From Cycas panzhihuaensis (taxonomy: Eukaryota > Plantae > Cycadophyta), in contig CM041465.1 of NCBI GenBank assembly GCA_023213395.1, positions 144,839,741-144,903,740 of the forward strand: 64,000 nucleotides of DNA. The letters run 5' to 3'. Below are positions 1 to 13,329 of this stretch, piece by piece. How positions within the stretch are numbered: the first letter of the stretch is position 1; the number at the start of each line of letters is the position of its first letter. Below the pieces are notes generated by a model that was not told the DNA's origin, searched no databases, and saw only the letters and a program-made list of their open reading frames with translations. The translations under genes and the position numbers were made by a program.

Positions 1-326
1 GAGCAAGGTTAGTAATGTCATAAAATAGAAAAAAGATAAAAGACATAACTCAAAGGCAAGTATTGATACATGGGAATTACTTGCCAAAATGCCCCATGTG
101 GGAGACAGTGAATGAGACATTTATCCTCTGAGAGGCAATGAGAAAAAGTAATGGGATAGGGTCATATGGCACATGTAGTAAAGGTGAGCATGTGGCATTT
201 TGGGACCACTATCTGTTGGGTCAGATCTAAGATGAGTGAAGGGTTTTCAGATGTGAATACTTTAGAGACTTGTGCATACTTTAAATAGATAGATAATGTT
301 GTCACCTTTGATGTACAAATACAAAA

Positions 327-540
327 TTAAATGGAAGATAGTATATATTCTAGTAGTACAAGAATAAATAAAAGATCAAATGGAAGGTCATATATATACC
401 ATCCACGAATGTGTAAATAAAAAAATAAATGGGGGGTCATAAATATACTAGCAGCGCATGATCGTATATATACTAATCATGCATGCACAGATAAAAATCA
501 AATGAGAGATTATACATATACCAGTAAATGTGCATAGGTA
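327..540. repeat. Degenerate ~49-bp tandem repeat (4-5 units) in a probable LTR fragment occupying about 1-934
   Basis: Recurrent AAATGGRRG.T.ATA.ATATAC.A unit near 329, 378, 427 and 499; TATA-like ttataaacccc at 589; three ~20-bp CCAATRTGGG repeats at 868-920. Confidence 0.5.
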
Positions 541-934
541 GAAAGAGATTAAAGTATGGACACAATACATGTAATGCAATGTAATAACTTATAAACCCCT
601 CTATAGCTCTAACTAAAAATCCTAAATGGCTTATCTAACATTACTCTAATACCAAATGATGAAATCAAAAGATATAAGCAAAGAAGAATGAATAAATGCA
701 TACACAAAAAGGACAACCAACGATCCATAAGGAGGGTAGTATTTATGAATACTAGGATCTTTAGACTCCCTAAAGATATGGGTGGGATCAAGAGGATTTA
801 GCACACCTCTCAAGGTCCATCATTGCCTGGCATTGATAAATGCCTAACAATATATTGCCAAGATATTTCCCACAATATGGGCTATTTCCCCAATGTGGGT
901 AATTACTCCAATATGGGTATTATTCTGATATCAT

Positions 935-1230
935 AAAACTAGGCTCTTAAAACTTGAACAAATGTATAAGATTAGATGTAATGCCTATTAAAAAATCCTT
1001 GCATTTAGACAAAAGAATCAACTTACATATGATCGTAAGCTTCATCCTAAAATATTTATTCCAGGTGACAAAGATCTCAAACTTGAATACTTACACGATA
1101 AACCATATAAGTTTAACCTAAATAGGTTGGCCCTTTTATTCTCCTTGAAGATCTAAAAAATGACACTTTGGATGGTCTTGAGTTTAATAATCTAGTTAAT
1201 TCATAATTTTTATAGAAATTTTATGCATAA
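935..1230 (+). pseudogene. Non-chromovirus Ty3/gypsy (Athila/Tat-type) integrase C-terminal remnant
   Basis: Manual translation RLLKLEQMYKIR..YDRKLHPKIFIPGD..KPYKF/PK*VGPFIL..LDG..LVN..L*KFYA* matches the YDKxV.P..F..GD, KF.P.W.GP and LK.YY tail pattern. Confidence 0.7.
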
Positions 1231-1929
1231 TCCATTCTCTACAATGAGAATAAACTACGACTCTAAGGTCTTAACTATTAAAGATCATAAATTATGGTAA
1301 GCCATTAGATCATTAAGTGAAATTTTACGTTACAATATCACTATATACAATGATCAAAATATATATACATATGTGATTCACCATCATCATATATATATCA
1401 ACACTCCATAAGAGTAAGAATTCAACTCATGTATGATTTTTTTTTTTTTTTTTAATTCTTTCCTTTCAATAAACTTTCATAATACTTATCATAAATGTAA
1501 CTTTGCAAGACTTCATTATTAAGTATTTTAAAATTCTCTCAAAAGATAACCTTGTTTATTCATGTATCTCTTTACCTTTTGTAGCCTTAACATTTGATGT
1601 ATCCTATCTAGGATCACTTGATTATGATGACATTAATCTTTAGGAATAGTTAGACTATTGGTTATTCCTCCACATACCCACTTGTATATTATATCTATAT
1701 TAACCCAAGATTTGGTATTCCCAAACTAATTTAGAAATTCCATATTTCTTAATAATTTATTCTAAAAGGATAACTATATAATCTTATTGACCTTTGTATT
1801 CTATTAAATGCTTGATATAGTTAGGTGGATATCCTTTAAGGGTTAATTTCTCCTTATCTATATTTACTATTTATTAAATATCTTTGTTATCTTATCTCTA
1901 GATTTAGTAGTAGTTTAATTTGTTAAGCT

Positions 1930-1945
1930 TGTATATATATACATA

Positions 1946-1979
<34 letters not shown>

Positions 1980-1986
1980 TGTGTGA

Positions 1987-2038
<52 letters not shown>

Positions 2039-2205
2039 ATGTATGTATATATATATATGTATATATGTATATATATATATATGTATGTATGTATATATAT
2101 ATGTATGTATGTATATAAGTATATATATATATGTGTGTGTGTGTATGTATATATATACATACATATATATATACATATATATATGTATATATATATATAT
2201 GTATG

Positions 2206-2256
<51 letters not shown>

Positions 2257-2288
2257 CTATATATGTATATATACATATATATATATGT

Positions 2289-2322
<34 letters not shown>

Positions 2323-2365
2323 GTATGTATATATATGTATGTATGTATGTATATATGTATGTATG

Positions 2366-2397
<32 letters not shown>

Positions 2398-2469
2398 TGT
2401 ATGTATGCATGCATGCATGCATACATATATGTATGTATGTATGTATATATATGTATGTATATGTACATG

Positions 2470-2502
<33 letters not shown>

Positions 2503-2726
2503 ATACATACATACATACATATACACACACACATATATATGTGTATATATATATATGTATACATATAGACATATATATATATATACACATATATATATGT
2601 ATACATATATATATGTATACATATATACATATATAGATGTATACATATATATATGTATACATATATATACATATATGTATATATATATATGTATGTATAT
2701 ATATATCTATACACACATATATATAT

Positions 2727-2759
<33 letters not shown>

Positions 2760-2827
2760 GATATATACATGTATATATGTATGTATATACATATATATGT
2801 ATGTATATACATATATATGTATGTATG

Positions 2828-2877
<50 letters not shown>

Positions 2878-3226
2878 CATACATACACACACACACACAC
2901 ATATATATATGTATATTTGTGTGACTATATATATGTGTGTGTGTGTGTGTGTATATACATGTATATATACATACATACATATATATATATGTGTGTGTGT
3001 GTGTGTATATATACATACATACATATATATATATATATACATATATATCTATATATATATATACATACATATATATATGTATATATATATGTATGTGTGT
3101 GTGTGTGTATGTATGTATCTATATATGTATATATGTATATATATGTATATACATATATATATATATATGTATATGTATATATATGTACATGTATATATAT
3201 ATATACATATACATATATATATATAT

Positions 3227-3319
<93 letters not shown>

Positions 3320-3658
3320 CATACATATATATATACATACATATATATATATATATATACATACATATATATATATATACATACATACATATATATATAC
3401 ATACATACATATATATATATACATACATACATACATATATATATATACATACATACATATATATACATATATATATATACATACATACATACATATATAT
3501 ACATACATATACATATACATACATATATATATATGTATGTATATGTATATATATATGTATGTATGTATGTGTATACATATATATACATATGTATACACAT
3601 ACATACATACATATATATGTATATGTATACACATACATACATACATATACATATACAT

Positions 3659-3692
<34 letters not shown>

Positions 3693-3742
3693 GTATATAT
3701 GTAAATATATATATATGTGTGTGTGTGTGTGTGTATGTATAT

Positions 3743-3776
<34 letters not shown>

Positions 3777-3796
3777 CTATATCTATATATATGTGT

Positions 3797-3840
<44 letters not shown>

Positions 3841-3875
3841 ATGTGTATACACATAGACACACATACACATATATA
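1930..3875. repeat. Compound microsatellite (TA)n/(TG)n/(CA)n/(TATG)n/(TACA)n, ~1.95 kb
   Basis: Directly visible; near-uninterrupted purine/pyrimidine alternation; pure (TA)n at about 3235-3315. Confidence 0.98.
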
Positions 3876-4207
3876 ACCATTTGCTAAATTAAAGATTTAA
3901 ATGATAATCCTCAACAATTTTCAACACTCGTGTGGGTTCAATCATGGTTACTTCATTTGGCTTCACCTTGTTATTCATTAAACTATAAATTTGTTTAAAT
4001 ACCCACATCAACATTATCATAACCAATGGGTTTAGTAGTGACAAATTTATAACTTTATTTTGTTATTTATTAAAATGTTGGCTTAAATAATTAAAATAGT
4101 ATATCTTATTTGAATTGGTTAAGATACTAAAAATGCCTTTATGAGATGTCTTGTCATAGATAAATTCATATTAGAATGTAGAGACTTAATATCATCATAT
4201 CATTTTC

Positions 4208-4665
4208 TGTTAGAATATTGGTTTTCATCAATATCAATATAATGTTTAATTAGAATGTTAAGGTTATCATTGGTTGATGTGAAAATTTTCTACATATATG
4301 ATTAGATTTATTGATATAATAGTGAAATATAATTGGTTGTTTATGAGGTTACATATTATATAAGGGCAATATTTATTGTAAAGAAAATTAGATTACCTAG
4401 TCCTCTTAGTGATGCTAGGATGATTGACCATATGGACATTTAATTATTTTTTTAATATAAGATCTCATAAATATTTAGAGGTATTCTTTCCCATTCATGG
4501 GTTCTCCTCATTAAATATAATATACATATCATGTATGCATTATTGTCTCTTATGTCATTATCCTTTTCATTTATTGTATTTGTACTATACTTAATTGGTC
4601 ATATGATTATATTATATCCTACTTGATTACATACTTCTATATAAGTTGTTACAAAAAATTTAGCA
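4208..4665 (+). repeat. 5' LTR of element E
   Basis: Aligns with 29303-29515 joined to 33290-33532; TG..CA ends; PBS follows directly. Confidence 0.9.
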
Positions 4666-4944
4666 TGGTATTAAAGTTAAGGTAAAAGCCAAAGTCCTAG
4701 AGTGTAGGTGAAGGAAGGTCTTACTAACACCTAAATAGAGTTGCATAGAATAAGTAGGTTGACATATAATAAAATAGATGTTGAAGATCACAAGCATATA
4801 GTTCTAATCTTTGCCATTTGAGGATAATCCATGTAGATTTTATATGATCTAGTATTAAGCTAATGACAAAGCTAATATGAGCTAGTATATTAGTGGATTT
4901 GAAGAGCCAAAATATGTTATATCGATAATATGTGACTAAGATTT

Positions 4945-6990
4945 TGGAGCAAGATGATAAAGATTTGATGTAGAAAAGAAGATGGAATCTCCTTGTTGGT
5001 AAGCAAGTTTATTATAAATCTATATAAATATTTATTATGCATATTAGTACCATATATACGAAGCGTATGTGTATTTTAATGAATCCACCAATAATGAATG
5101 AAGAGGAAGAATGTTACTACTTAAACTCGCCTTTGTAGGCATGGACAACTAATAAATGTTATGGAAAGTTGATGAAATAAGCATGATAGTTTAAAACATC
5201 ATACAAGATGATGGTGAAAATATGTCATGCCAAATTTTGTTTGACAAATTTTTTTGTCCATACTTTCTTATGGATTTTCTTCCATTTAAAGGTTTCTTTT
5301 TGGGAAAAATAATTATTATTAAGAAGTGAACGAAAAATGATGTGAATAGAGGTATAAAATAAGGGTTTTAAAGGCTTGTAAGATTCCACATGATTTTTAT
5401 TAGTGAGGTTTTATGAGGAATGATCAAGATTTTGATAATTTACCATTATTTATGAACTATTGAGAAGGATGAAATTAAGGGTTTAAAATACATTGGGCAA
5501 GTTGGGCAATAATTATTATTTTTTTACAATTATTGGTAATTTATTAAAGTATTATAGTTTGTTGGAAGAGCCTGTTTATGCTTGAACATTACATACATTG
5601 TAATTATTATGAAAATAAGGGCATGAGAAAGTTGTTTAAGATTCAAGTATAAAGGGTTTAAAATCTATAACAGGTTACATATGTTGCAAATCTATTAAAG
5701 AGAGTTCCTTACTATGTTACAGATGTCATAGATTTAGAGGATAAAAGGAATGCAAATGGGAGCTAAAAATAACAAGAGTTAATAAATACAATTACCATGT
5801 TGCTTATGAGAAGGTGAAGCTCATAGCCTTAGTTTGATTGTTGCTCACATAATCCCATAAATATGAAGAGAAAGGAGCCATCATGGATGACTATAGATGA
5901 CTTTAGATAGGATATATTTATATAGCAAAGTTATAATATGTGTTGAGTAGGTTGGGATTAGATGAAGAGAGTGAGATCAAATATAAAGCATTGCACCCTC
6001 AAATTCATCATTATTCATGGTTCACCCACAGATGGAAATGTCAAATTTATTTGTCTTAAAATACACCTAGTTTGATCCCTAAATATAAGAAAGAATAAAT
6101 AAATTTTCCATTAACTAATATAGTAGAAATGATATACTAGTCCTCTAATAAATCTTTTTTAATATTTGTAGTCTTTGGATCAACCTATAATAAAAAATAA
6201 ATTAGAAAAATTCTCAAACCCTAATGTGTAGTCAACAAAATTCAATGGAGAAGAAATTTTGATATGATATTTTTTTAAAACCAAAGTTAGACCTATATTA
6301 AATTGAATTGCAATGTGTTTTGAGTTTTACCTTAGCCCTAAAGAGAAGTCGAATGGTCATATGGAATAGTAATGTGACCACATACTAAAGATAAAAAGTA
6401 CTTATTTTATGCTTTGACTTATTTTTTATTTTTAACATGATGTATCACCATTTTTTAAAGTATAATTTTTGTATTTGGAGACAAAATTAAGTACCATCAG
6501 TTGCATTGGAAATAAAACTCAAAGGTAGACACAACGACTAGTCATAAGTCATATTTTAAGGTTCACATAAAGGAGATTTTAATGGTTAAAATTGAGCAAG
6601 TTATCTTTTACATACAAAAAGTGACATTTTTTGAGTTGTTTGAGATAAGCTTTATCACTATTTGAAGATTTTAAAGGCTCCTCAATTTATGATGATATAA
6701 ATAGATGGTTAAGAAGAGTTTTAAATAAAGATTGGTTGGAAATTAATATATTTAAGGCTTAATTATGATATTTTATGGCTCAAAATTAAAGTTGTTAAGC
6801 ATATGTAAGAACCTTTGATGATGGATAAGGAAAACACATGCTAGATATATTGATATTGATCCCTCTATTATAAAATATACATTTAATATGGTGAGGTGCA
6901 TCACTAATTAAATGAATTTGACTCAAGTTGATAAATAATCACCTGATCTAATTACATGATTTGGTATATGAATAATAAATGAATGATGGG
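4945..6990 (+). pseudogene. Decayed hAT-family transposase inside E
   Basis: Collinear motifs KGAIMDD (~5870), KFNGEEIL (~6238), SPFFKV (~6445), CITN* (~6897) and LHDLVY (6952-6969); nucleotide homology to the K interior. Confidence 0.6.
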
Positions 6991-7432
6991 CACTACTTGA
7001 TTGTTTGAGAGATTGATGTTGAGTTTAGAAGTTGGTTAAAAGTTTATTAAGTTTTTTTATATATGTTGTTTATAAAGTTAATGAGTTTTTTATTACATAA
7101 CTACTTGCTAACCATAAAGAATAACTACTAATATATGTGATCAAGTAACTTGGCAGTTAGTACTGGATATTAACTTTTATGTAAAAGTCATCTAGCCCAC
7201 CAATAAGATTGCAAACAACTTCTCCCTCTAATAAGATTTTATATAAAGTGACCATCATTGCTTATTTAATGCCCAAGAAATATATATAGATGTTATATAG
7301 AAGTATTATCAAGAGATCATAATATTGTATATTTTAGTGCCCATTTAGTGTTCAAATCTGTATTCATTTCTATTTTGTATTTACTCTTTATACTAAAATT
7401 ATGTGACCTTAATTATTGTATTATACCCTATG

Positions 7433-7933
7433 TGTAGCGGAAGCTTTTAACTTAATTCAGAAATAATTCAACGATTCGCAGATACTGGTCTAATATAGAT
7501 TTCTTCAATCTCAAATAATAATGAATATAGGAAATTCACCATAAAACACCGAAATAAAGTAATGGAAATAGTACTAATAAAGGTAAATATATTGTGCAAA
7601 ATATAAACAAGATATCCTTACTCAACGACTGCCCTTCGAGGCGGGAATCCTCCAAATATCTCAGGCTAAAAGGCCGAGCCAACTGCAGCCCTAGAGCCGA
7701 AAATGTAGAAGAGATCAAATCCGAAGTGATGATACCAAATGAGGCTTTGCTCCCTATTTATAGTGGCCGATTATTATCTTGTTTGAAGTCGGCCAGAATT
7801 AAGATAGTTCAGGGGTGAACCATTAATGAAGTTGGCGAGAAGGCGGCTTCTTGGTCGGCTAATATTCTGCACTCATTTCGGGGTTTAAGTCGGTTGTGAG
7901 GCCCCTAAAGAGAGGGTTTTCTGGAGCATAACA
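7433..7933 (-). repeat. 3' LTR of element A
   Basis: High identity to 12530-13032; TATA box CTATAAATA on the minus strand near 7755-7763. Confidence 0.95.
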
Positions 7934-10900
7934 AGTCCCCCTGAAAACAATGCCTTGCCCCCAAAGCATTGGTAGCTTTAGGAATTGCTGTATCCATTCG
8001 TCTGACTCCCATGTCGCGTCTTCTATATCCAATGTCTGCCATTTTATGAGGTACTCTTTGATTTGTCTTGTTCGAAATTGCACAATGCAATTTGGAGTAT
8101 CCTTCTGGTTCTAGCATAATTTTTCCTTCTTCATTGAGTTCTGGCAAGGATGTTTGTGGTACTATCTTGTCGCCAATCTTTTTCTTCAGGCATGAAACAT
8201 GAAAGGTATCATGGATCTTGCTTGTTGTCGGTAAATTAAGTTTGTAGGCTACTTCCCCAATTCTGTCAAGTATTTGATATGGTCCAAAATATCGGGGAGC
8301 AAGCTTTTGTGTCTTCATCTTGTTCAATGACGTTTGTTTGTATGGTTATGTAGGAGAAAAACCCAATCATCTTCTGGAAGCTCCTTTACGATCATTGTGC
8401 ATCGCTTCTTTGCTTCATCCTGTTCCTTGCCATTGCTAAATTATCCTTAAGAATTCTAATTGTGTCTTCCATTTGCTTTTGGTGTTCTTGGGCGGTTTGA
8501 ACACAGGATGATCCATTCCATGTCAATAGAGATGGCGGCTGGTATCCGTAAAGAGCCTGGAATGGCGTCATCTTGGTGGAAGAGTGGTATGTTGTATTAT
8601 ACCACCACTTTCGCTAGGTGCGACCACTTGTGCCAACTTGATTTTGTTTATCGGCGAAATTCCTCAAATAACCTTCTAGACATTTGTTGACTATCTCTGC
8701 ATCCATCGGTTTGGGGATGATGCATGTGCTCATGTGTAATTTTGTACCTGCAATTCTAAATAAATCCTTCCAAAATTTACTGGTGAACTTTGGATCCCTA
8801 TCGCTAACCATACTTTTACGGAATCCATGTAGTCTATGGATTTCTTTCATGTATAGTTCTGCTACGTCACTTGCCTTTGCTGTTGACTATAGCCCTCGAA
8901 AATGGCTATACTTTGTTAATCTATCGACTGTGACAAAGATTGCATCTTTACCTTCTGATTTCGGGAGACACTAATAAAATCCATTGAAATTTCTTCCCAT
9001 TTTTGGTTGGGAATTGGTAGGGGTTGTAGGAGACACAGGGTCTTTACACATTCTACCTTATTCCGTTGACAAATGTTACATTACATCACAAATTTTTGGA
9101 CATCGATTTCAAGCCCTTCCAAAAGTCTGACGCTTTTATCTTCCGATATGTCTTGTCTATCTGGGTGTGGCTTACGGGGTGAATGTGCTTCTTGCAGTAT
9201 AATTTCCTTTAATTTGAAATTTTTGGGAATGCAGATTTTGCCATTCCTAAGAATCAGATCGCCCTTTTGTTGGTATTTATCTGAATTGCTTCCCTTCATG
9301 TTATCTAAGAGTTTTTGGTAACTTGGATCTGCCATATATTCCGTTCTAATGGATTTTAACCATGAGGGCCTAATTGTTGATATCAACTGCAATGAAGGAC
9401 CTTCTTTCGCTTCATCTGGGATTCTTGATAATGCATCTACTATAATGTTCTCTTTGCCTTTCTTGTATACTATTGTAAAATCGAAATTCTGCAACTTACT
9501 GACCCATTTTTGTTGCTCATCGGACAATGTCTTCTGTCTAAGGAAGTATTTCAGACTATCATGATCCGTGCGCACTTGAAAGGAATTTCCCAATAGATAT
9601 TATCGCCATTGCTGGATGGCGTGCATGATAGCGAGCATCTCCTTATCATATATAGGTTTGAATTTTTCTCTGTTATTTAATTTCTGACTCTCATAAGCTA
9701 TTGGTCTTTCATCTTGGAGTAAGATTTGCTCTATCCGAATCTGATGAATCACATTCCAAAGCGAATGGTTTCAAAAATTCGGTGTTGTTAACACTTGAGT
9801 ATTATCATGGCCTTCTTCGGATTACCAAAAGCTTCTTCGCTTTCGGGTTCCAAACAAATGCATCTTTCTTTGTTAAATCCGTAAGGGTCTTCTTAGGTGT
9901 GCATAACCTTTTATAAACTTCCTAACAAATCTGTTGTCCCCAAGAATCCTCGAATTCTTTGTAACACTTGTGGGGTTGGCCAATTGACAATTGCTTGTAT
10001 TTTCTTTGGATCAATCCTTATACCTTCTCTAGTTATGATATGGCCTAAGTATTCTAGTTCTTTCTTTGCAAACGAACATTTCTTCTTGTTGACAAAGAAT
10101 TGATTATCACGCAAAATTCCGAAAACGTTTTTCACGTGTTCTAGATGCTCTTCCCATGTCTTACTATAGATTAAGATATCATCAAAGAAAATTAACACAA
10201 ATTTGCGTAGGACTTGCCTGAAGGTATCGTTCATGGTGCTCTGAAATGTTGCCGGCGTGTTTGTTAATCCAAATGGCATTACCTTAAATTCAAAGAGGCC
10301 TTCATGTGTTCTAAATGCTGTCCTGTAGACATCTTCTTCTTTTATCCAGATTTGATGATATCCTGAGCGTAAATCAATTTTTGAAAAGTAATTTGCTCCA
10401 TGAATTTCGTCCAATAGATCGTCAATGCGTGGATCGAATTGCATTCTTATTAAGCGATTGAGACCCGGTAGTCTACACACATTCTATATGAACCATCCTT
10501 TTTGTCTTGATAACAATGAAATTTGCGAACGGGCTTGTACTAGGGGTAATACTCCCTTGGGATAGGAGTTCGCTTGTGATTTTCTCGATTTCTTTCCGTA
10601 AATGATACGGATGTCTATATGGTCGAACGTTAACTGGCGCTGCACCTGGTATAAGTTCAATTGCATGTTGATTTTCTCGAAGAGGCGGTAGTCCTTTCGG
10701 TTCATCGAACACTGTCTTGTATTCTTCTATAATTTGTTGAATCTCTGGTGGAGTGTCCTCGATTTCAACCTTATAGCATGTCATAATATATGCTGATGGG
10801 TTTTTCTTGAGTATCTTCTCCATTCGGTGTGATGAGACTAGTTGTACTGGTGGTGTTAGGTTACGCAATCGATACTTATGTCCTCCTTGGCGAAAGCACA

Positions 10901-12342
10901 TAAATCTGGTCATATAGTTAGTGACTATATTACCCAGAGTTTGAAGCCACTAGATTCCCAATACTGCATCCACGCCACCGATTTGCATTGCAAACATGCA
11001 TGTGTTTGTGCAATATTCACCCATCTGTAAATTTATTTTTTTGCAGAATCCTCTGCATGGTGATGTTTTCCCATTTGCAATTGATACTTGGAATGTATTT
11101 ATTGGCTCTATTTTAATTCCAAGCTTCTTTGCAGTTGCCCTATTTATAAAGTTATGTGTACTACCACTATTGACTAGAATTGCGACAGGTGCCCCTTTTA
11201 TCATCCCTTGGAATCGAAGTGTTTGTGGTGTAACACTTTGTCCTGTAATTGCTTGGAGCGATATGTGTACATTTTCTGTATCTAGCTCCCATAGTTCATC
11301 TACTTCAGCTTCCTCTGGCTTTTCTTCAACTTCTTCATGAATTTCCTCGGGTGCTTCTTCTTCCTCCGATATTATTGTATCTTCGGTATTAATCATATAT
11401 ACCTTCTTCTGCGCATTGATGTTCGCGATTCCATTTCGCCCCGCATTTAAAACAAGTTCCTTTCCTCATGTGCTCTTCCTTTGTTGATGTCTCTTAATTA
11501 CTTCTAATCGTTAATGGAGCCTCCGCTTTAGTTCCTGACCTGTTCCAGTTTGGATTAAATCCTTGTGAGCTTTACATTGCGTGTGAATGTAGGTCTAGTT
11601 TCCATGATTCTGCTTCCACGCATCTTCTTTGTTTTGATTCTTTGAGTCTAATGTTGGCACCTCCATTGCTTTTAGGCGATATCTTATTGGAGGTTTTAAT
11701 CCGCTAATGTATGTTTCGGAAGGAGTTACGGTGGTACGGTTGTCGAATTAGACATTGTAACACACTGAAATTGTTCGATGAACTCTTGGGTGAGCTAGTT
11801 TCTTTGTAATCTTGTCAATTTGGTAGTAGTCCGTACTCCATGAGTCTTCATATTGGGTTATGAGCCCATGCTTCATGTTCTGCCAGCTTTCTGCCTGTTT
11901 CCCACTGGTTCGAAGCCACCATGAATACCATTTCAAGGCTCGACCATACAAATGTAATGATGCCAAGGATACTTGCTTGTGTTATGGTATCGCGTGGTAG
12001 AAATAAGTTTCCATCTGTAGGATCCATCCTCTTATATCCCTCGATTTATCGGGGTCAAATTTCTCTAAGCTGATCTTTGCCATTGTCACCCCTTCGTTAT
12101 TCTTGCAGTTTCTTCTTTGATATTGTCCTCCTGTTTTAAATCTTCCTTCGAAATTACTTGTATTTCCTTGTTCTGTTTCCTTTTCTTGTTTGGCCCATAT
12201 CGGTTCTGCTTGTGGTCCGTCCAATTTCATGTTGATTTTATGCATGAGATCTGAGAGGCTTGCTAACGAGGCTAGGATTTCCTTTCCTACTTAAATGCGA
12301 GGTGATATGTTCCTAACTGGATTGGCCTTGGCCAGTCGACAT
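7934..12342 (-). pseudogene. Frameshifted gag-pol of A (Gag, protease, RT, RNase H, integrase, GPY/F, chromodomain)
   Basis: ORF fragments KFDPDKSRDIRGWI (Gag), ILVNSGSTHNFI (protease), FSKIDLRSGYHQI..FFDDILIYS (RT), VRTDHDSLKY (RNase H), VSDRDPKFTSKFW (integrase), YFGPYQILDRIGEVAYKL (GPY/F), EYLIKW..EDATWE (chromodomain). Confidence 0.93.
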
Positions 12343-12529
12343 CTTCTTTTGTTGTATAACCTTTTTAGAGCGTAACTCTGTTTGGGCTCTTCTCAAAAAT
12401 CCACGGGTGGGAGGGTGGGGAAATTTTTCACTTCCTTCTCATGAAAATTTTCGCCCTTCAGAAAAAATTTCGACTATATTCTCGGAGACACTTTTCCACG
12501 GGATAGCTTCGACGAAGCTCGATACCACT

Positions 12530-13032
12530 TGTAGCGGAAGCTTTTAACTTAATTCGAAATAATTCAACGATTCGCAGAATCTTGGTCTAATATAGATTTC
12601 TTCAATCTCAAATAATAATGAATATAGGAAATTCACCATAAAACCGAAATAAAGTAATGGAAATAGTACTAATAAAGGTAAATATATTGTGCAAAATATA
12701 AACAAGATATCCTTACTCAATGACTGCCCTTCGGTAGGGAATCCTCCAAATATCTCGGGGCCAAAAGGCCGAGCCAAGCTGACCCTAAATGAAAATGTAG
12801 AAGAGATCAAATCCGAAGTGATGATACCAAATGAGGCTTTGCTCCCTATTTATAGTGGCCGATTATTATCTTGTTTGAAGTCGGCCAGAATTAAGATAGT
12901 TCACTGGGAGTGAACCATTAATGAAGTCGGCTAGAAGACTGGCTTACTGGTCGGCTAATATTCCTGCGCTCATTTCTGGGGTTTAAGTCGGTTGACAGGC
13001 CCCTAAAGAGAGGGTTTTCTTGGAACGCAACA
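12530..13032 (-). repeat. 5' LTR of element A
   Basis: Matches 7433-7933; adjacent to the PBS. Confidence 0.95.
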
Positions 13033-13329
13033 CTATGAAATTCTAAATTATTTTTGTGTAAAGAATACTTAAGCAATTATGCTCTAAGTGGTGTCAGAGC
13101 TAAGTCAAGGATCCACCTAAGAAGCTAATTAATAAGAGGAGTGAAAATTCAAGATTTTTTTAACCCTTAGTGAAATTCTAGAAATTATCTCACACTACTT
13201 TTTTTTTTTTCAATTCCTATGTTACTATTATTTTTTAAAAAGTCTATAATTGAGCCATAAGTAGGTAGCAAGTCCCTCCCTTATGTATCCCCTAGTTGTA
13301 GGCATAGACCATATACTAGGAGCCTTTAG

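Larger units (their letters stand above)
7433..13032 (-). mobile_element. Element A: young full-length Ty3/gypsy chromovirus (Reina-like) inserted in B's 5' LTR
   Basis: LTRs 7433-7933 and 12530-13032 (TGTAG..AACA); perfect TSD CTATG; PBS TGGTATC-GAGC at 12517-12527 (minus); PPT about 7934-7945. Confidence 0.96.

Noticed and set aside
1904-3880. Long ORFs up to 635 aa
   Set aside because: Artefacts of a stop-free dinucleotide repeat (Y/I/C/V/H/T runs in all frames).
7536-7818. Short ORFs repeated at 12544-12913
   Set aside because: They lie within A's LTRs, differ in frame between the copies and show no domain motif.
8460-11340. Plus-strand ORFs of 68-114 aa
   Set aside because: Antisense shadows of A's pol.
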